Source of the DNA: a virus
Lineage: Duplodnaviria > Caudoviricetes
Strand: one strand, 5' to 3'
DNA length: 64,000 nucleotides
IMG/VR virus record: IMGVR_UViG_3300031673_000001
A program made the translations under genes and the position numbers. Below, piece after piece: positions 26,180 through 36,629 of the stretch (the stretch's first letter is position 1; each line of letters begins with the position of its first letter). Below the pieces are notes generated by a model, which saw only the letters and a program-made list of their open reading frames with translations, had not been told where the DNA came from and did no database searches.

Positions 26180-28831
26180 ATGGCGGATGAAAAATCCCGA
26201 GAGCCAGGTAGCATTACGAAAACTGCTGATGCTCAAAATGAAAGGATATCTGGTATAAGTAATGTTTCTCGAACAGTTTCACAAATGCAAAAGACAACTC
26301 AACGTAAAATTGAAGAAACTCAAGACTCTATTGAATATGGTGGATCCTCAGAAACAACCATGAGAGAAATGAATAACGTTCTTTCTAAATTTGGAAAAAC
26401 TATAACTGCATTTACAGCAGGTGTTCAAAATGTATCAATGAGCACAGCTAAAGCAACAAAAGATGCCATTGGAGATTATGGTAAAGCAATCGGTCGAGAT
26501 ATTAATTTTAATAAACAAAATATGGTTGCCATGGCATTGTCTAGAACAACTCCATTATTTGGTTACTTTGCAGCTAAATTTATGGAGACTGACGTTTTCA
26601 AAAAAGCTAAAGATAGAATGAAAGAATCCATCGCCGGTGCATTTAAAGGCATTGGATCAAGCATTGCAAATATTTTTAAGGGCAGAAAAGAAGCTAAAGA
26701 GTCCAAAACATCTAAAATTCCAAAAATGGCATCAGGTGGTTACGTTGAAAAAGGAGGAATGGCACGACTTCACGCTGCTGAAGTTGTTATGCCAATTGAA
26801 AAGATCCTTGAACGTATTGATGATTCTATATCAGTTTCAAGAGAAATAGCTACTATTTCAGAAAAGAATCAACTAAAATCATTAGCAAAAATGGCAACGT
26901 TTGTTGGGGGCGAAAAGGGTAAAGAACCTGTTGGAATGGTTAAGGGTTTCTTGCGAGCAATGAGAGAAGTTCAAACTCAATATGAAGAACCCTCAAATAT
27001 GCGTATGTTAAGAGCTGTCTTATCAATTCAAGATACATTGGGTTCAACCATTGGGACATGGGATCAAGTATGGACCAAAATGCTGATTGAGCATCCAACC
27101 TTTAGACAATTGGCATTTGCTGCAAAAATGTCATCAAAAATATTTGGAGCTCCATTTAAATTCATTTGGAAATTTTTTAAATTAAGAGGAAGCTATAAAT
27201 CTCAACTTTCTAGATCCGATAATCCATTTCAAGCACTAAATGAAAATATAGGTGTCCTCTATACTGGTACAATGTGGAGACTTGATAATATTGCTAACTT
27301 TACAAAACTTGGAGCAAGGGGTTCTACAGATTTATCTTCATTTGTAACAGGAACTAGATATCCCAAAGTAGAAGGAGTTGGAAAAGGACTTTGGAGTTTA
27401 TTTGGACTTGCAAGAAGTGGAATAGGACTTATTGCAAAACCAATTCATAAATATTTGAATAAAAGTAGCAATAAATGGGCGAGAGCTCTTGCATTTGAAA
27501 TGGAATCTCCATTTACAAACGCATTTTATAAAGTATTCAAACATAAAGCAACAATGAAAGCACTGTATGGTAGTGAAACTGAAGAAGGGGAAGGAAGTCC
27601 ATGGCAAAAATTATTAAAACACATGAAAGATCAACCTTTGATAGTAAGCGATCCAGAACTTACAAAAACTACTAAAAAAAAATGGTTATGGGAAAAATTA
27701 AAATATGGTAAGGAAAAAGTTAAAAGTGCATTTGGTTGGATCTGGAAAATTTTATTAATGGGAGGTAGCTGGATAAAGAATCTTCTAGGATTAGGAACAG
27801 GAGGATGGTTATTAACTGCTGTTAAAGGACTTGGTAGTGTATTTGGAGCTTCACTTGCTAGTGCTGGAATTATGGGTCCAATTGTTGCCGCAATTGGAGC
27901 TGCATTGATTGGAGCTTCAATAGGGACTTTTATAGACAAATGGATTCTTAAACCTTATGTGACTGGTCCTTACTATGAAAGAATGAATAAAGCACAACAA
28001 AAAGGAATCAAAAAAAGGGGGAAACTTAGAGGACAAAATTTAAGTGACGCATTGGGGCAAACAGCAACTGGTAAAGAAACTTATGAAAGTAAAGTAGCAT
28101 TAAAAACTAGCACCCAACTTAAAGCACAAAAAACCATATTAGGAACTACTCATCTAGCAGCAGAAGCTATTAGGGCAGCACAAGATGAATTTATACGAAA
28201 AAATAAATCGAAATATGCTGAATATACCCCAGAGGAAATTGCAAAAGCAAGAGAAAGATGGCGTCATACTTGGGATTACTGGAATAAGTATAAGTTTAAA
28301 CTTGATAGATCAGATCCAGAAAAATTTGGAACATGGAAAGAAGCAGCGTTTTTTAAATATCTACAAAAAGTAGGAACCAAGAATAAAAATTTAACAGGAG
28401 CAATCAAAGAGCATGAACTAAAAGTATGGAATTCAAAAAGTGCAGGAGAAAAAGCTGGATATGCAGCTAGAAGAGCTATAACAGAAGGGGGAATGACATT
28501 TCTTGCTGAAAGAGGAAAATATGCTTTAACTCAAGCTGGTCAATGGATAGTAAAAGCTACTGGAAAAATTGTTGATGCAAAAGAAATAGCAAAAATGGAA
28601 GCATCAGATATACTAGCATCTAGCAGATTACTAAAAGAAGAGTTGAAGAAAAGAGGTATGGATCAAAAAGGAAATCTAGAAGAACTTTCAGATAGACTTC
28701 AACAAAGTGTGTCCAAATTTAGCAATACAGTAGATACTAAAATAAGTCAAGTTACAGAAATAATTAATCCATCTCAAGGAAATATTATGGGCGAAATGGA
28801 ACTAAGGATTGCTACAGGCAATTTTCATTAA
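26180..28831 (+). CDS. Tail tape-measure-like protein
   Basis: Long Ala/Gly/Lys-rich helical sequence with hydrophobic segments; MASGGYV..GGMARLHAAEVVMP motif typical of tape-measure proteins. Confidence 0.62.
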   Translation: MADEKSREPGSITKTADAQNERISGISNVSRTVSQMQKTTQRKIEETQDSIEYGGSSETTMREMNNVLSKFGKTITAFTAGVQNVSMSTAKATKDAIGDYGKAIGRDINFNKQNMVAMALSRTTPLFGYFAAKFMETDVFKKAKDRMKESIAGAFKGIGSSIANIFKGRKEAKESKTSKIPKMASGGYVEKGGMARLHAAEVVMPIEKILERIDDSISVSREIATISEKNQLKSLAKMATFVGGEKGKEPVGMVKGFLRAMREVQTQYEEPSNMRMLRAVLSIQDTLGSTIGTWDQVWTKMLIEHPTFRQLAFAAKMSSKIFGAPFKFIWKFFKLRGSYKSQLSRSDNPFQALNENIGVLYTGTMWRLDNIANFTKLGARGSTDLSSFVTGTRYPKVEGVGKGLWSLFGLARSGIGLIAKPIHKYLNKSSNKWARALAFEMESPFTNAFYKVFKHKATMKALYGSETEEGEGSPWQKLLKHMKDQPLIVSDPELTKTTKKKWLWEKLKYGKEKVKSAFGWIWKILLMGGSWIKNLLGLGTGGWLLTAVKGLGSVFGASLASAGIMGPIVAAIGAALIGASIGTFIDKWILKPYVTGPYYERMNKAQQKGIKKRGKLRGQNLSDALGQTATGKETYESKVALKTSTQLKAQKTILGTTHLAAEAIRAAQDEFIRKNKSKYAEYTPEEIAKARERWRHTWDYWNKYKFKLDRSDPEKFGTWKEAAFFKYLQKVGTKNKNLTGAIKEHELKVWNSKSAGEKAGYAARRAITEGGMTFLAERGKYALTQAGQWIVKATGKIVDAKEIAKMEASDILASSRLLKEELKKRGMDQKGNLEELSDRLQQSVSKFSNTVDTKISQVTEIINPSQGNIMGEMELRIATGNFH

Positions 28832-28841
28832 GGAGATATAA

Positions 28842-30125
28842 ATGGCAACTTTTCAAACAGCACTACCCATAGATTATATTATTGGAATGCCTCCTATTAC
28901 AACAGTAACTGGAGATCCAATTCATACACAAAGAAGTTCTGAAGCAGTAAAAAATACAATGCCTGTTGCAACAATTTATCCAGGAATTCCATCATTTGAA
29001 GCTGGTATAGATCTATTTACCAGAGTAAATGCATTTGAGTTTGGTAGCCATAGAAGAGAATCACAGATAAAGAACGTCAACACTGTATATTATCAGGATT
29101 TATTAATAGAGCATGGATATAGACTAGATACACATATTCACTCAGGTGGAGTTAAAGTTGCATACATAGCAGATAATTTTCCAACCGATACATTTACTAA
29201 TGAGTATGGAGAAAATTTTCTTCAAAGTCTTACTAGTGGTGCTTCTGAAGCTGCAGCTTCTATTGCGCAGATGTTTGGAAAAAGAGATGTACGAGGAGTA
29301 CTTGGAGGACTTGCTGGTGCTATTGGAGAAGCTAGTTCGACTGTTGGGGATTTTGCTAAAGGTACATTAAACGCTATTGATAAAGTTGGTGGAGCACTTG
29401 CTTCACTAAGTCCAAATGCAGCTAGAATGGGTAAAATGGTTAGTTCACTTGCTGCTGGTTCAAGAATTGACTTTCCAATGGTTTGGAAAAGTAGTTCTTT
29501 TCAACCATCCTACTCAATGACAGTTAGATTATATAATCCGAATCCTGGAGATCCAGAAACAACAAAAAAGTATATTATAGGACCAATTGCAGCACTGATG
29601 TTATTAGGAATTCCAATATCTGAAGATGGTAGCACATATAGTTGGCCATATCTTCATAGAGTTTCATCTCCTGGTATATATGATTTAGATCCTGCTTATA
29701 TTCAAAATATTACCATTGTAAAAGGTGGTGATCAACAACAGATTGCATATACACAATCATTAGGAGTTGTTGATGTAAGAATTGATTTTGGAAGTTTATT
29801 TAGTAGCATGCTTGCATCTAAAGATAAAGTAAATAAAACGAGACCAACTTTAAGAAAATATTTATCAGCTATGGAAAATCGAAAAACTGTATATAATATT
29901 ACAGGAGGGAGTCTTAAAGATCCAAAAACCACAAATCAAAAACCAATGAAAAGTGAAGTTGTAGGACCTGGAAGAAATCAACAAGCTTGGACTAAATCAC
30001 AAGCAATACTTGACGCTCAACCACCAGAACCACCGCCCGATAGAGTTACTCAAACAGTTAAGGATATTGGTTCCGCAATATTAGAGCAGATTCCAAAAGG
30101 ATTTAGAATTAGTACTACTCGTTAG
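28842..30125 (+). CDS. Probable baseplate / tail-tube initiator protein (gp48/gp54-like)
   Basis: Follows the tape measure; FPMVWKSSSF..SYSMTVRL..P ... YIQNITI pattern. Confidence 0.42.
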   Translation: MATFQTALPIDYIIGMPPITTVTGDPIHTQRSSEAVKNTMPVATIYPGIPSFEAGIDLFTRVNAFEFGSHRRESQIKNVNTVYYQDLLIEHGYRLDTHIHSGGVKVAYIADNFPTDTFTNEYGENFLQSLTSGASEAAASIAQMFGKRDVRGVLGGLAGAIGEASSTVGDFAKGTLNAIDKVGGALASLSPNAARMGKMVSSLAAGSRIDFPMVWKSSSFQPSYSMTVRLYNPNPGDPETTKKYIIGPIAALMLLGIPISEDGSTYSWPYLHRVSSPGIYDLDPAYIQNITIVKGGDQQQIAYTQSLGVVDVRIDFGSLFSSMLASKDKVNKTRPTLRKYLSAMENRKTVYNITGGSLKDPKTTNQKPMKSEVVGPGRNQQAWTKSQAILDAQPPEPPPDRVTQTVKDIGSAILEQIPKGFRISTTR

Positions 30126-31234
30126 CACATGGTATTTCTAAAAATTAATGTTAAATATACCGCAAGAAATAGATTAACAATAAATTGGGTTTGTGATGTA
30201 TAATTATTATATTGATCTCTTATTTTTAAATTATCTAAAACCTTTATTAAAAGAATATTGACCTGCTGTTTAAAATAAACTGGAGCATTACTTCTTTTAA
30301 CTGCCATAAATCTTCTCAAATATTTTTCATATCCGCTTCCACATATTTGATTTACACTCGTTAATTGTTTCATATATAAATTCAAAATCATTCTTATATT
30401 ATCCGAGTATTCAACTTGTACCATCTCACTAGCAATCAATTCACCAATAGAAGCTTTTATTTTACTTATTTCTTTCGCTTTATCCAAAGCTTTTCTATCA
30501 ACTATTTTATATACACTTAATTTTTTAATTGTTTCTTCAACTTTCGCTTTTCCTCTTTCAAGAGATTGATACTGATATGCATTATCTTCATCATCAGGCG
30601 TATCAGTTTGTGTTTTAATTGATGCCCCTTTTTCTTTCGCTTTATAATAATTTTCGACAAAACTCTTTACACTCTGTGAAATTCGATGTCTCGATGCTGT
30701 AATAAAATCAATTATTTTATCGAGATCCCAATCTCCGATATACCTTTCATATTTTTTCTTTAGCTCACTTGATAAATAATATAAACTGTTTGCTATTGTT
30801 TTCTCACGTACAAATAAATGTGTTTTTGTTAATGTATCAATCGTATATCTAAATATATCAGGATTACAATACTTTAATTGCTTATTCATTAATCGACCAT
30901 ATTGAAAAAACGAATAATAAACCAGAGTGGTTTTAAATGCAGCAGTATCTCTATGTAAAAGAAATAAATGCATAACAACAATTAAAAGATTTGTACCTGG
31001 ATCTTTGTGTAATAACCACTTTTCAGCTCTAGTTCCTTTATATTGTCTTTTAACAAATTCTTTAACATCTTTATCTGTAACTCCCATCTCTTTTAATACT
31101 TCAAAATATACTAATTTTGTCTTTGGATAATAGCATGGTTCAGATAAAGCATCAAATTCTTTTGCAGCATATTTAGTAATTAATGTTTTGAGATTTCTAA
31201 TATTATATTTAGACTTTTCTATTAATATCTTCAT
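30122..31234 (-). CDS. Hypothetical alpha-helical basic protein
   Basis: 370-aa ORF, last gene of the - strand baseplate operon; its stop overlaps the convergent stop. Confidence 0.75.
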   Translation of the reverse strand: MKILIEKSKYNIRNLKTLITKYAAKEFDALSEPCYYPKTKLVYFEVLKEMGVTDKDVKEFVKRQYKGTRAEKWLLHKDPGTNLLIVVMHLFLLHRDTAAFKTTLVYYSFFQYGRLMNKQLKYCNPDIFRYTIDTLTKTHLFVREKTIANSLYYLSSELKKKYERYIGDWDLDKIIDFITASRHRISQSVKSFVENYYKAKEKGASIKTQTDTPDDEDNAYQYQSLERGKAKVEETIKKLSVYKIVDRKALDKAKEISKIKASIGELIASEMVQVEYSDNIRMILNLYMKQLTSVNQICGSGYEKYLRRFMAVKRSNAPVYFKQQVNILLIKVLDNLKIRDQYNNYTSQTQFIVNLFLAVYLTLIFRNTMC

Positions 31235-33717
31235 TATGAGAATATCCTAATTGCTATATCATTTTCTTCAAAGAAAATATATTCTGGACCATAAGATAGT
31301 AACTCTTCTTGGGTCAATGCATCTAAATCAAAATTAAAAAAGATACTAGATTCAGGTTTAATTAAACGACAATGTTCAACTCCTTCTACTTCTTGAACTA
31401 CATCAATAATTTCTGATCTATATAAATATTTATTAATACCGAACCTAGATGTAAATGCTGTAACAATAGCTTCCCTAACCTCACTTGTTAAATCACTATT
31501 CGATCCTGTATAAGTTGAAGTTTTGAAAATATCCAATGAAAGTTGTAAAGGAATTTCATATACTGGTACAACCCAACCAGCTTGACAATAAATATATTTC
31601 TTTGCCTCATCCGTTACATAAACCATCTGCTCTGTCTTTGGTTCATAGTACGCCCAAGTCATTGAGGTTGAATCGCTTAATTCAGCTATTTGATCATCTT
31701 TTCCTAACCATTCTCCTATACCATTTAATATAATATATCTATCTCCATCAATTCCAGATACAGGAGGGGTAGATAAAATATCATCAACAGCAGTTAGATT
31801 AACCTTGTTCAATTGCATATTCTGCATTATACCATTTGTATTAGCAAGTTTAAAATTAACAAAGTCAGTTGTCATTTTATAATCTTTAAAATCCAATGTT
31901 GTTACTAATTTTTGCATTACATTAGATTCAAAATCTGCTTTATCTATACTATCATAGTAAGTTTTTTCAATAGCAGGAATGTCATAAACAGTATATGACG
32001 TCGAATCATAAATTACATTTGATAGTTCAAAATCATTGAGAGATTTTCTAAATGTAAATAGTGCTGTATATTGACTAATATAATTAATACCATATTTTAA
32101 AGTAAAGTAATATGTTGCTTCTCCACTAGGCAAAACAGTATAATCTGGAAGTGATAATATAAATGAAGATGCAGTTGAATCATTAGTCATAGTATAAGTT
32201 GAACCTGTTTCTAGAACTTCAATTTCACAAGTAACAATATCTGCATCATTTTCTGTCGTTTTATAATCTAATTGAAATTCTGCTCCAACTCCATTTTTAG
32301 TAACAGTCAACAAATCACAATATAAATTATATGAAGAATTATAACTTGTAACTAGTGTTGGAACTTGTTTTACCTCATACATTACATATGTATAAGTAGC
32401 AACGGAATTTAGTTGCTCAATCTCCATATCAAAAATTGTATAATAATCTTCTCCACCATATGTTAAAATTGTTCCTCTAGGAACAACTGTATTTGTAAAT
32501 ACATACTTTATATTTCTTGATGGAACAATTACAGTAGAATATAATAAAGTTGAAAATAAACTTATTTCATTTACCTTAATATCAGAACGTTTTAAAACAG
32601 GCAATGAATTTTGAGAAATTGGAGAATCTTCAATAATAATATTTGTGTTGATATAATCATTTTCAGTAACAAGTCTTTCTAAAGCTGTTAGGTTTGTAAT
32701 AGCATTTCTTCGGACTTCCTCAATTGATTCTTCATCTTCTCCACCAGTTCCTGGAGTTGGATTAGTAACTGTATAATTGACAGCTTTTCCTTGATCATCA
32801 CTTATTCTAGTTTTAATGTCACTCGTTTTTCCTGTTATAGAACCAGCAATAATATTTCCATCAGATCCCTTTGTTAATTCTGTTGTAACCTGTACTGTTG
32901 CTCCAGCTTCAGGTTGATAACCAATTAGACCATTACCAAACTGAAGACTGAATCCTGTATCATTTCTCTTTTTAACATAACCTTTTGTAGTTTCATCCAT
33001 TAAAAATAAACTACTATACTCTGTATAAGTCTCATAACCAGAAGAACCAGAAGGGCGAATTTCAACTGTTACATCGGATATTTTTTTATTTATATCAGTA
33101 AATGTTACATCAAAATCAAAAAATTGATACGTTTGTAAATCTTCAGGAACTTGAAATTCTTGAATATCTGATTCAAATTGTTTGAAAGGTAAAACTACAG
33201 AAAAATAATTTGTGCCATTTTCATCAGTTGACGTAGAATATGGCATATTATAAACTTTATTATCTTCGGTAACAGTTATTGTTACAGTAGAATTATTCAA
33301 TACATTTATTGTAGTCGAATAATAGGTTTTAAATGCTATATTACTAGCTGATAGTTCAAATCCTTCAGATATTTCAAATGTTACATCATCTTCTGTAAAG
33401 CTTAACTCAAATGCAAATAAAACATTTACAAATGCAGGGGATGCTTCAGATGGAGTATATCCCAAGAATGAAGCTAAATTGTAAATTGATGAAGATAATT
33501 GTGCTTTAGTTAAAAAGAATTCTCTATAAGAAGATATTTGATAAAATAAATTATTAGTTGTTAATGTAGACAACGCTTCAACAACGAAAGCAAGAAATGA
33601 AGACTTTGTCAAATCAACCTCATTTAGTTCGAGATACTTTGCTAAAAGCTCTATAATTTTTAGAGTTGTTTGATCTTTAGATTTATAAACTTGCGATGAT
33701 GTTATATTATCTGGCAT
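31234..33717 (-). CDS. Baseplate wedge subunit (T4 gp6 / baseplate J-like)
   Basis: FLTKAQL.SSIYNLA.FLGY.P, LQFGNG..GYQP, TKGSDGN, GGEDEESIEEVRRNA..RLVT..DY. Confidence 0.88.
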   Translation of the reverse strand: MPDNITSSQVYKSKDQTTLKIIELLAKYLELNEVDLTKSSFLAFVVEALSTLTTNNLFYQISSYREFFLTKAQLSSSIYNLASFLGYTPSEASPAFVNVLFAFELSFTEDDVTFEISEGFELSASNIAFKTYYSTTINVLNNSTVTITVTEDNKVYNMPYSTSTDENGTNYFSVVLPFKQFESDIQEFQVPEDLQTYQFFDFDVTFTDINKKISDVTVEIRPSGSSGYETYTEYSSLFLMDETTKGYVKKRNDTGFSLQFGNGLIGYQPEAGATVQVTTELTKGSDGNIIAGSITGKTSDIKTRISDDQGKAVNYTVTNPTPGTGGEDEESIEEVRRNAITNLTALERLVTENDYINTNIIIEDSPISQNSLPVLKRSDIKVNEISLFSTLLYSTVIVPSRNIKYVFTNTVVPRGTILTYGGEDYYTIFDMEIEQLNSVATYTYVMYEVKQVPTLVTSYNSSYNLYCDLLTVTKNGVGAEFQLDYKTTENDADIVTCEIEVLETGSTYTMTNDSTASSFILSLPDYTVLPSGEATYYFTLKYGINYISQYTALFTFRKSLNDFELSNVIYDSTSYTVYDIPAIEKTYYDSIDKADFESNVMQKLVTTLDFKDYKMTTDFVNFKLANTNGIMQNMQLNKVNLTAVDDILSTPPVSGIDGDRYIILNGIGEWLGKDDQIAELSDSTSMTWAYYEPKTEQMVYVTDEAKKYIYCQAGWVVPVYEIPLQLSLDIFKTSTYTGSNSDLTSEVREAIVTAFTSRFGINKYLYRSEIIDVVQEVEGVEHCRLIKPESSIFFNFDLDALTQEELLSYGPEYIFFEENDIAIRIFS

Positions 33718-33728
33718 AAGTCAATTCC

Positions 33729-34373
33729 TTATATAAAATAAAAACCACTATTATCATCAAACAACGACTTTGCTGTGGTCCTTAAGCTTTCATTTTTTGA
33801 TAACAATCTTGTCATAAAAGAAGCATCATTAAAAGTATGAATTTTTTTATCATAGTCATAAAACGTATATACGTTTTGTACTTGTTGATTTAATTGAGTT
33901 TCTGTTACACTCTGCTCCAAACTTACAATAATCTTCCAAAATAGTCTATCAGCATTTACAGATTTTTCTACACCACCAACATTATATAAAGGATACACAT
34001 TATTAGTAGGTCTTAAATAATCCTGTTCTAATTTAATTTTATCATTTGGTAGAGGAATTATTCCATATGTGCTTGGAATAACAAATGTAGTATTATTCTC
34101 TTTGACATAACCAATGTCTTGACCATCCATTGGGGTACTAATCTCATCAATATAAAAAACAGGAAGCAATAAAATTTTATTCCATTTAACTCCTGAATAT
34201 TCACCAACTCTATCATATGAACCAGCAAAAACATTCTCATCTTCCCAAATAGTTTCATCGGTATCAATATGATAATAAGTAGTTAAAAAAGCAACCGAAT
34301 GTTTACTATAAAAGTCATAAACTAATCCTTGATACTCATGAATATAGTCATATATTCTTTCATATTTTTGCAT
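33729..34373 (-). CDS. Probable virion structural protein (weak gp14/neck-like pattern)
   Basis: Position between gp25-like and gp6-like genes; P.PNDKI......LYNV..VE pattern. Confidence 0.4.
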   Translation of the reverse strand: MQKYERIYDYIHEYQGLVYDFYSKHSVAFLTTYYHIDTDETIWEDENVFAGSYDRVGEYSGVKWNKILLLPVFYIDEISTPMDGQDIGYVKENNTTFVIPSTYGIIPLPNDKIKLEQDYLRPTNNVYPLYNVGGVEKSVNADRLFWKIIVSLEQSVTETQLNQQVQNVYTFYDYDKKIHTFNDASFMTRLLSKNESLRTTAKSLFDDNSGFYFI

Positions 34374-34378
34374 TATTT

Positions 34379-34804
34379 TTATCCTGTTATTCTACCTGTG
34401 GAATCATCAAAACCTAAAGATAAAGTTCCTTGCTCTCCTTCATATTTAATTAAGATATCAATTTCAAATCCTTTTTTATTAGAAAGTAATCTAACTGAAA
34501 TATCTTGAATAAGAGCTCTATTATCATATTTTTGTATTCTATATTCAATTTCTCTTTTTATTTCATCAACGGTTTGATCATCAATAGGTTGAAATACCAT
34601 TAGATGTAAATCGCTTCCATATTCAGGATCGTGAAGATGTGTTCTTCTTGGTGTACTTAAAATATTATTCCATGATGAAATAATTACATTTAAATTACTA
34701 ATTTTTTGAAAATCTCCTGCTGCAGTTATTTTTGGTAGAAAGTCCAATAATCTACTTTCACCTCCAGTAACTACAGCATTAAATCTATCTAATAAATTTG
34801 GCAT
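34379..34804 (-). CDS. Baseplate wedge protein gp25/GPW-like
   Basis: NILSTP......PEYGSDL....FQPID......I..RI.KYDNR. Confidence 0.88.
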   Translation of the reverse strand: MPNLLDRFNAVVTGGESRLLDFLPKITAAGDFQKISNLNVIISSWNNILSTPRRTHLHDPEYGSDLHLMVFQPIDDQTVDEIKREIEYRIQKYDNRALIQDISVRLLSNKKGFEIDILIKYEGEQGTLSLGFDDSTGRITG

Positions 34805-34814
34805 TATTCATCCT

Positions 34815-35030
34815 CTAACTCTTTAATCCACTAACAATTTCTTCAGTAATTATTTTTTTCTTTTCCTCTTCTAAATCACTCTTCCATTTTAAATAAGAGT
34901 AAAATCTCTGGACTGGCATTGCAACAATGTCAACATATGATTGTTTACTCATTTCCATGCATGAGAAAATATTTTTTTCAAGTTGGGATATGTACTCGTC
35001 TACTAAATCATAGCGAGTACACCATTCGAA
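34815..35030 (-). CDS. Frameshift-extension ORF (gp51/gpT-like) of the upstream chaperone; not in the ORF track
   Basis: The +1 frame opens three codons before the U7 run (35029-35035) and reads ...FFEWCTRYDLVDEYISQLEKNIFSCMEMSKQSYVDIVAMPVQRFYSYLKWKSDLEEEKKK...*; its first ATG (34958) lacks an SD. Confidence 0.6.
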   Translation of the reverse strand, partial: FEWCTRYDLVDEYISQLEKNIFSCMEMSKQSYVDIVAMPVQRFYSYLKWKSDLEEEKKKIITEEIVSGLKS

Positions 35031-35790
35031 AAAAATTGCCCACTAAATCTATATTTATTAATTCCTCATATCCACAGTGATGGCAATTACTTAACATATT
35101 TAATTCGATTCCATACTGCCCAAATGCCTTTTTATATTCTGCATAAATATATCTTTTGTCTTTAGAAGCTAGAGATCTATATGCATCAATAATATCTTCT
35201 CTATCAGAATAAACAACACTATCCCCACCAGCTTCAGGAGTTTGAAATAACTTTTTAATAATTAAAGTTTCAGTGAATATATCTAATTCTTTATTACCTC
35301 TTTGAGTTTTAAGAGCCATAATTTCATCCCAAAGAGTAGGTTGCTTTATAGTTGCAAATACAGTTTTCGATGTTGGTAACTCAACATCAAACTCTTTTTC
35401 AATAATATTTTCTTCTGGATAAGAGTTCATACTAAATGTTTCAGATGCTTTAACTGTTACAGCATAACTTTGACCACAACTTCCACAGGTAATATCATAA
35501 TTTCTAATATCCTCATAGGTGATATGATATAAACCATATAACAAAGCATCTCTATCTTTTAAAGTTGTCATCTTCAACCAAGTATCATAATTTGGGATAC
35601 TATCTGGTTTTTTGACAAATGAATCAAAAATACATTTGTTTAGATGATCATTAGCTTTTGTTGGTGTTAAAACGCTTGCTTTAAGACGTTCTTCCTCTTG
35701 AACATTTAATGATCTAACATGATATGACAAATTTGTTTGAGGTGTTACTATTTCATATTCCGGATATTTTATATCAAACCCTTTAAACAT
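35008..35790 (-). CDS. Tail/baseplate hub assembly chaperone (T4 gp26-like)
   Basis: YPEYEI.TP.....YHVRSL.V.EE..L N-terminus; CGSC and CHHC pairs; ends NFFRMVYSL; directly downstream of the tube gene. Confidence 0.65.
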   Translation of the reverse strand: MFKGFDIKYPEYEIVTPQTNLSYHVRSLNVQEEERLKASVLTPTKANDHLNKCIFDSFVKKPDSIPNYDTWLKMTTLKDRDALLYGLYHITYEDIRNYDITCGSCGQSYAVTVKASETFSMNSYPEENIIEKEFDVELPTSKTVFATIKQPTLWDEIMALKTQRGNKELDIFTETLIIKKLFQTPEAGGDSVVYSDREDIIDAYRSLASKDKRYIYAEYKKAFGQYGIELNMLSNCHHCGYEELINIDLVGNFFRMVYSL

Positions 35791-35821
35791 AACATCTATC
35801 TCCTTTCAATTCTCATTTATT

Positions 35822-35871
35822 AAAAAATATGCCACTACCAAATAACATTTTTCTATTAGGAAGTGGCATAT
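35822..35871 (-). terminator. Intrinsic terminator after the tail tube gene
   Basis: ATATGCCACT (35827-35836) / AGTGGCATAT (35862-35871), 10-bp stem with 25-nt loop; U-tract on the - strand. Confidence 0.75.
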
Positions 35872-35888
35872 CTAGATCAATCAATCTA

Positions 35889-36611
35889 TTATGTTGATGA
35901 CGAAATAATGCCACCATAATTTTCAATAACGTCCTTTTTAATTGAGTATACATTTTCTGCTAGACTTTGGCATTTCTCTTTAACCCAAGACTCATGCCAT
36001 ACATAATCACAATTAAATTCCATTTCAACATCGAGTCTTCCAACTGTTTCGACATCACTTGTAAAAAGATCTTGTGGATCTTTTGTAGGAAATACACCAT
36101 CATATGCTGCATAATATTCTACTGTTACTGCATCAGGTGCTGTTGTCCAATAATACATTACACACGCATAAGTTGATTTAGTATAACCATTAAGAGCTTC
36201 ACCATCAACTAGATTGGAAACACCAGAACGATAATCTCTTATCATTTTTATCCAACCATGAAAAATATTTAGAATTGGAGTCCCATTGAATTCTAGAAAT
36301 TTTACAGAAACAGAATTTCCATAATCAATATTTCCCGGAACGGACCATTTAATTCCACCTAGTCCTGTAAACTCAACTTTATTAAGAGTCCCACCAGGAG
36401 GTGTAACCGATAAACATGAAGCTGCTAAAATATTACTAATTTCAGTTGTTGTTAGATTATCTGCATACTTTGGAAGAGCAACTGGAATACCAGCAAAATA
36501 TACAAAATGATAACCAGTTAAATAGGGATCTGCCACTCCAGCAATTGTCCCTCCAAAGTCTCTAGTTAATCTATTATTTGGCACTTTCGCAAACGAATTT
36601 TTAATGCCCAT
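35889..36611 (-). CDS. Tail tube protein (T4 gp19-like)
   Basis: SVTPPGGTL..VEF.G.GG....PG...Y.NSVSVKFLE, W.KMI, Y.GVFP, EF..DY. Confidence 0.78.
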   Translation of the reverse strand: MGIKNSFAKVPNNRLTRDFGGTIAGVADPYLTGYHFVYFAGIPVALPKYADNLTTTEISNILAASCLSVTPPGGTLNKVEFTGLGGIKWSVPGNIDYGNSVSVKFLEFNGTPILNIFHGWIKMIRDYRSGVSNLVDGEALNGYTKSTYACVMYYWTTAPDAVTVEYYAAYDGVFPTKDPQDLFTSDVETVGRLDVEMEFNCDYVWHESWVKEKCQSLAENVYSIKKDVIENYGGIISSST

Positions 36612-36629
36612 TTTAAAATACCTCCAAAA

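Noticed and set aside
30122-31234. Possible sigma/late specificity factor for the phage RNAP
   Set aside because: Only a vague helical, basic resemblance around FITASRHRISQSV; no recognisable sigma region 2 or 4. Needs HHpred or structure prediction.
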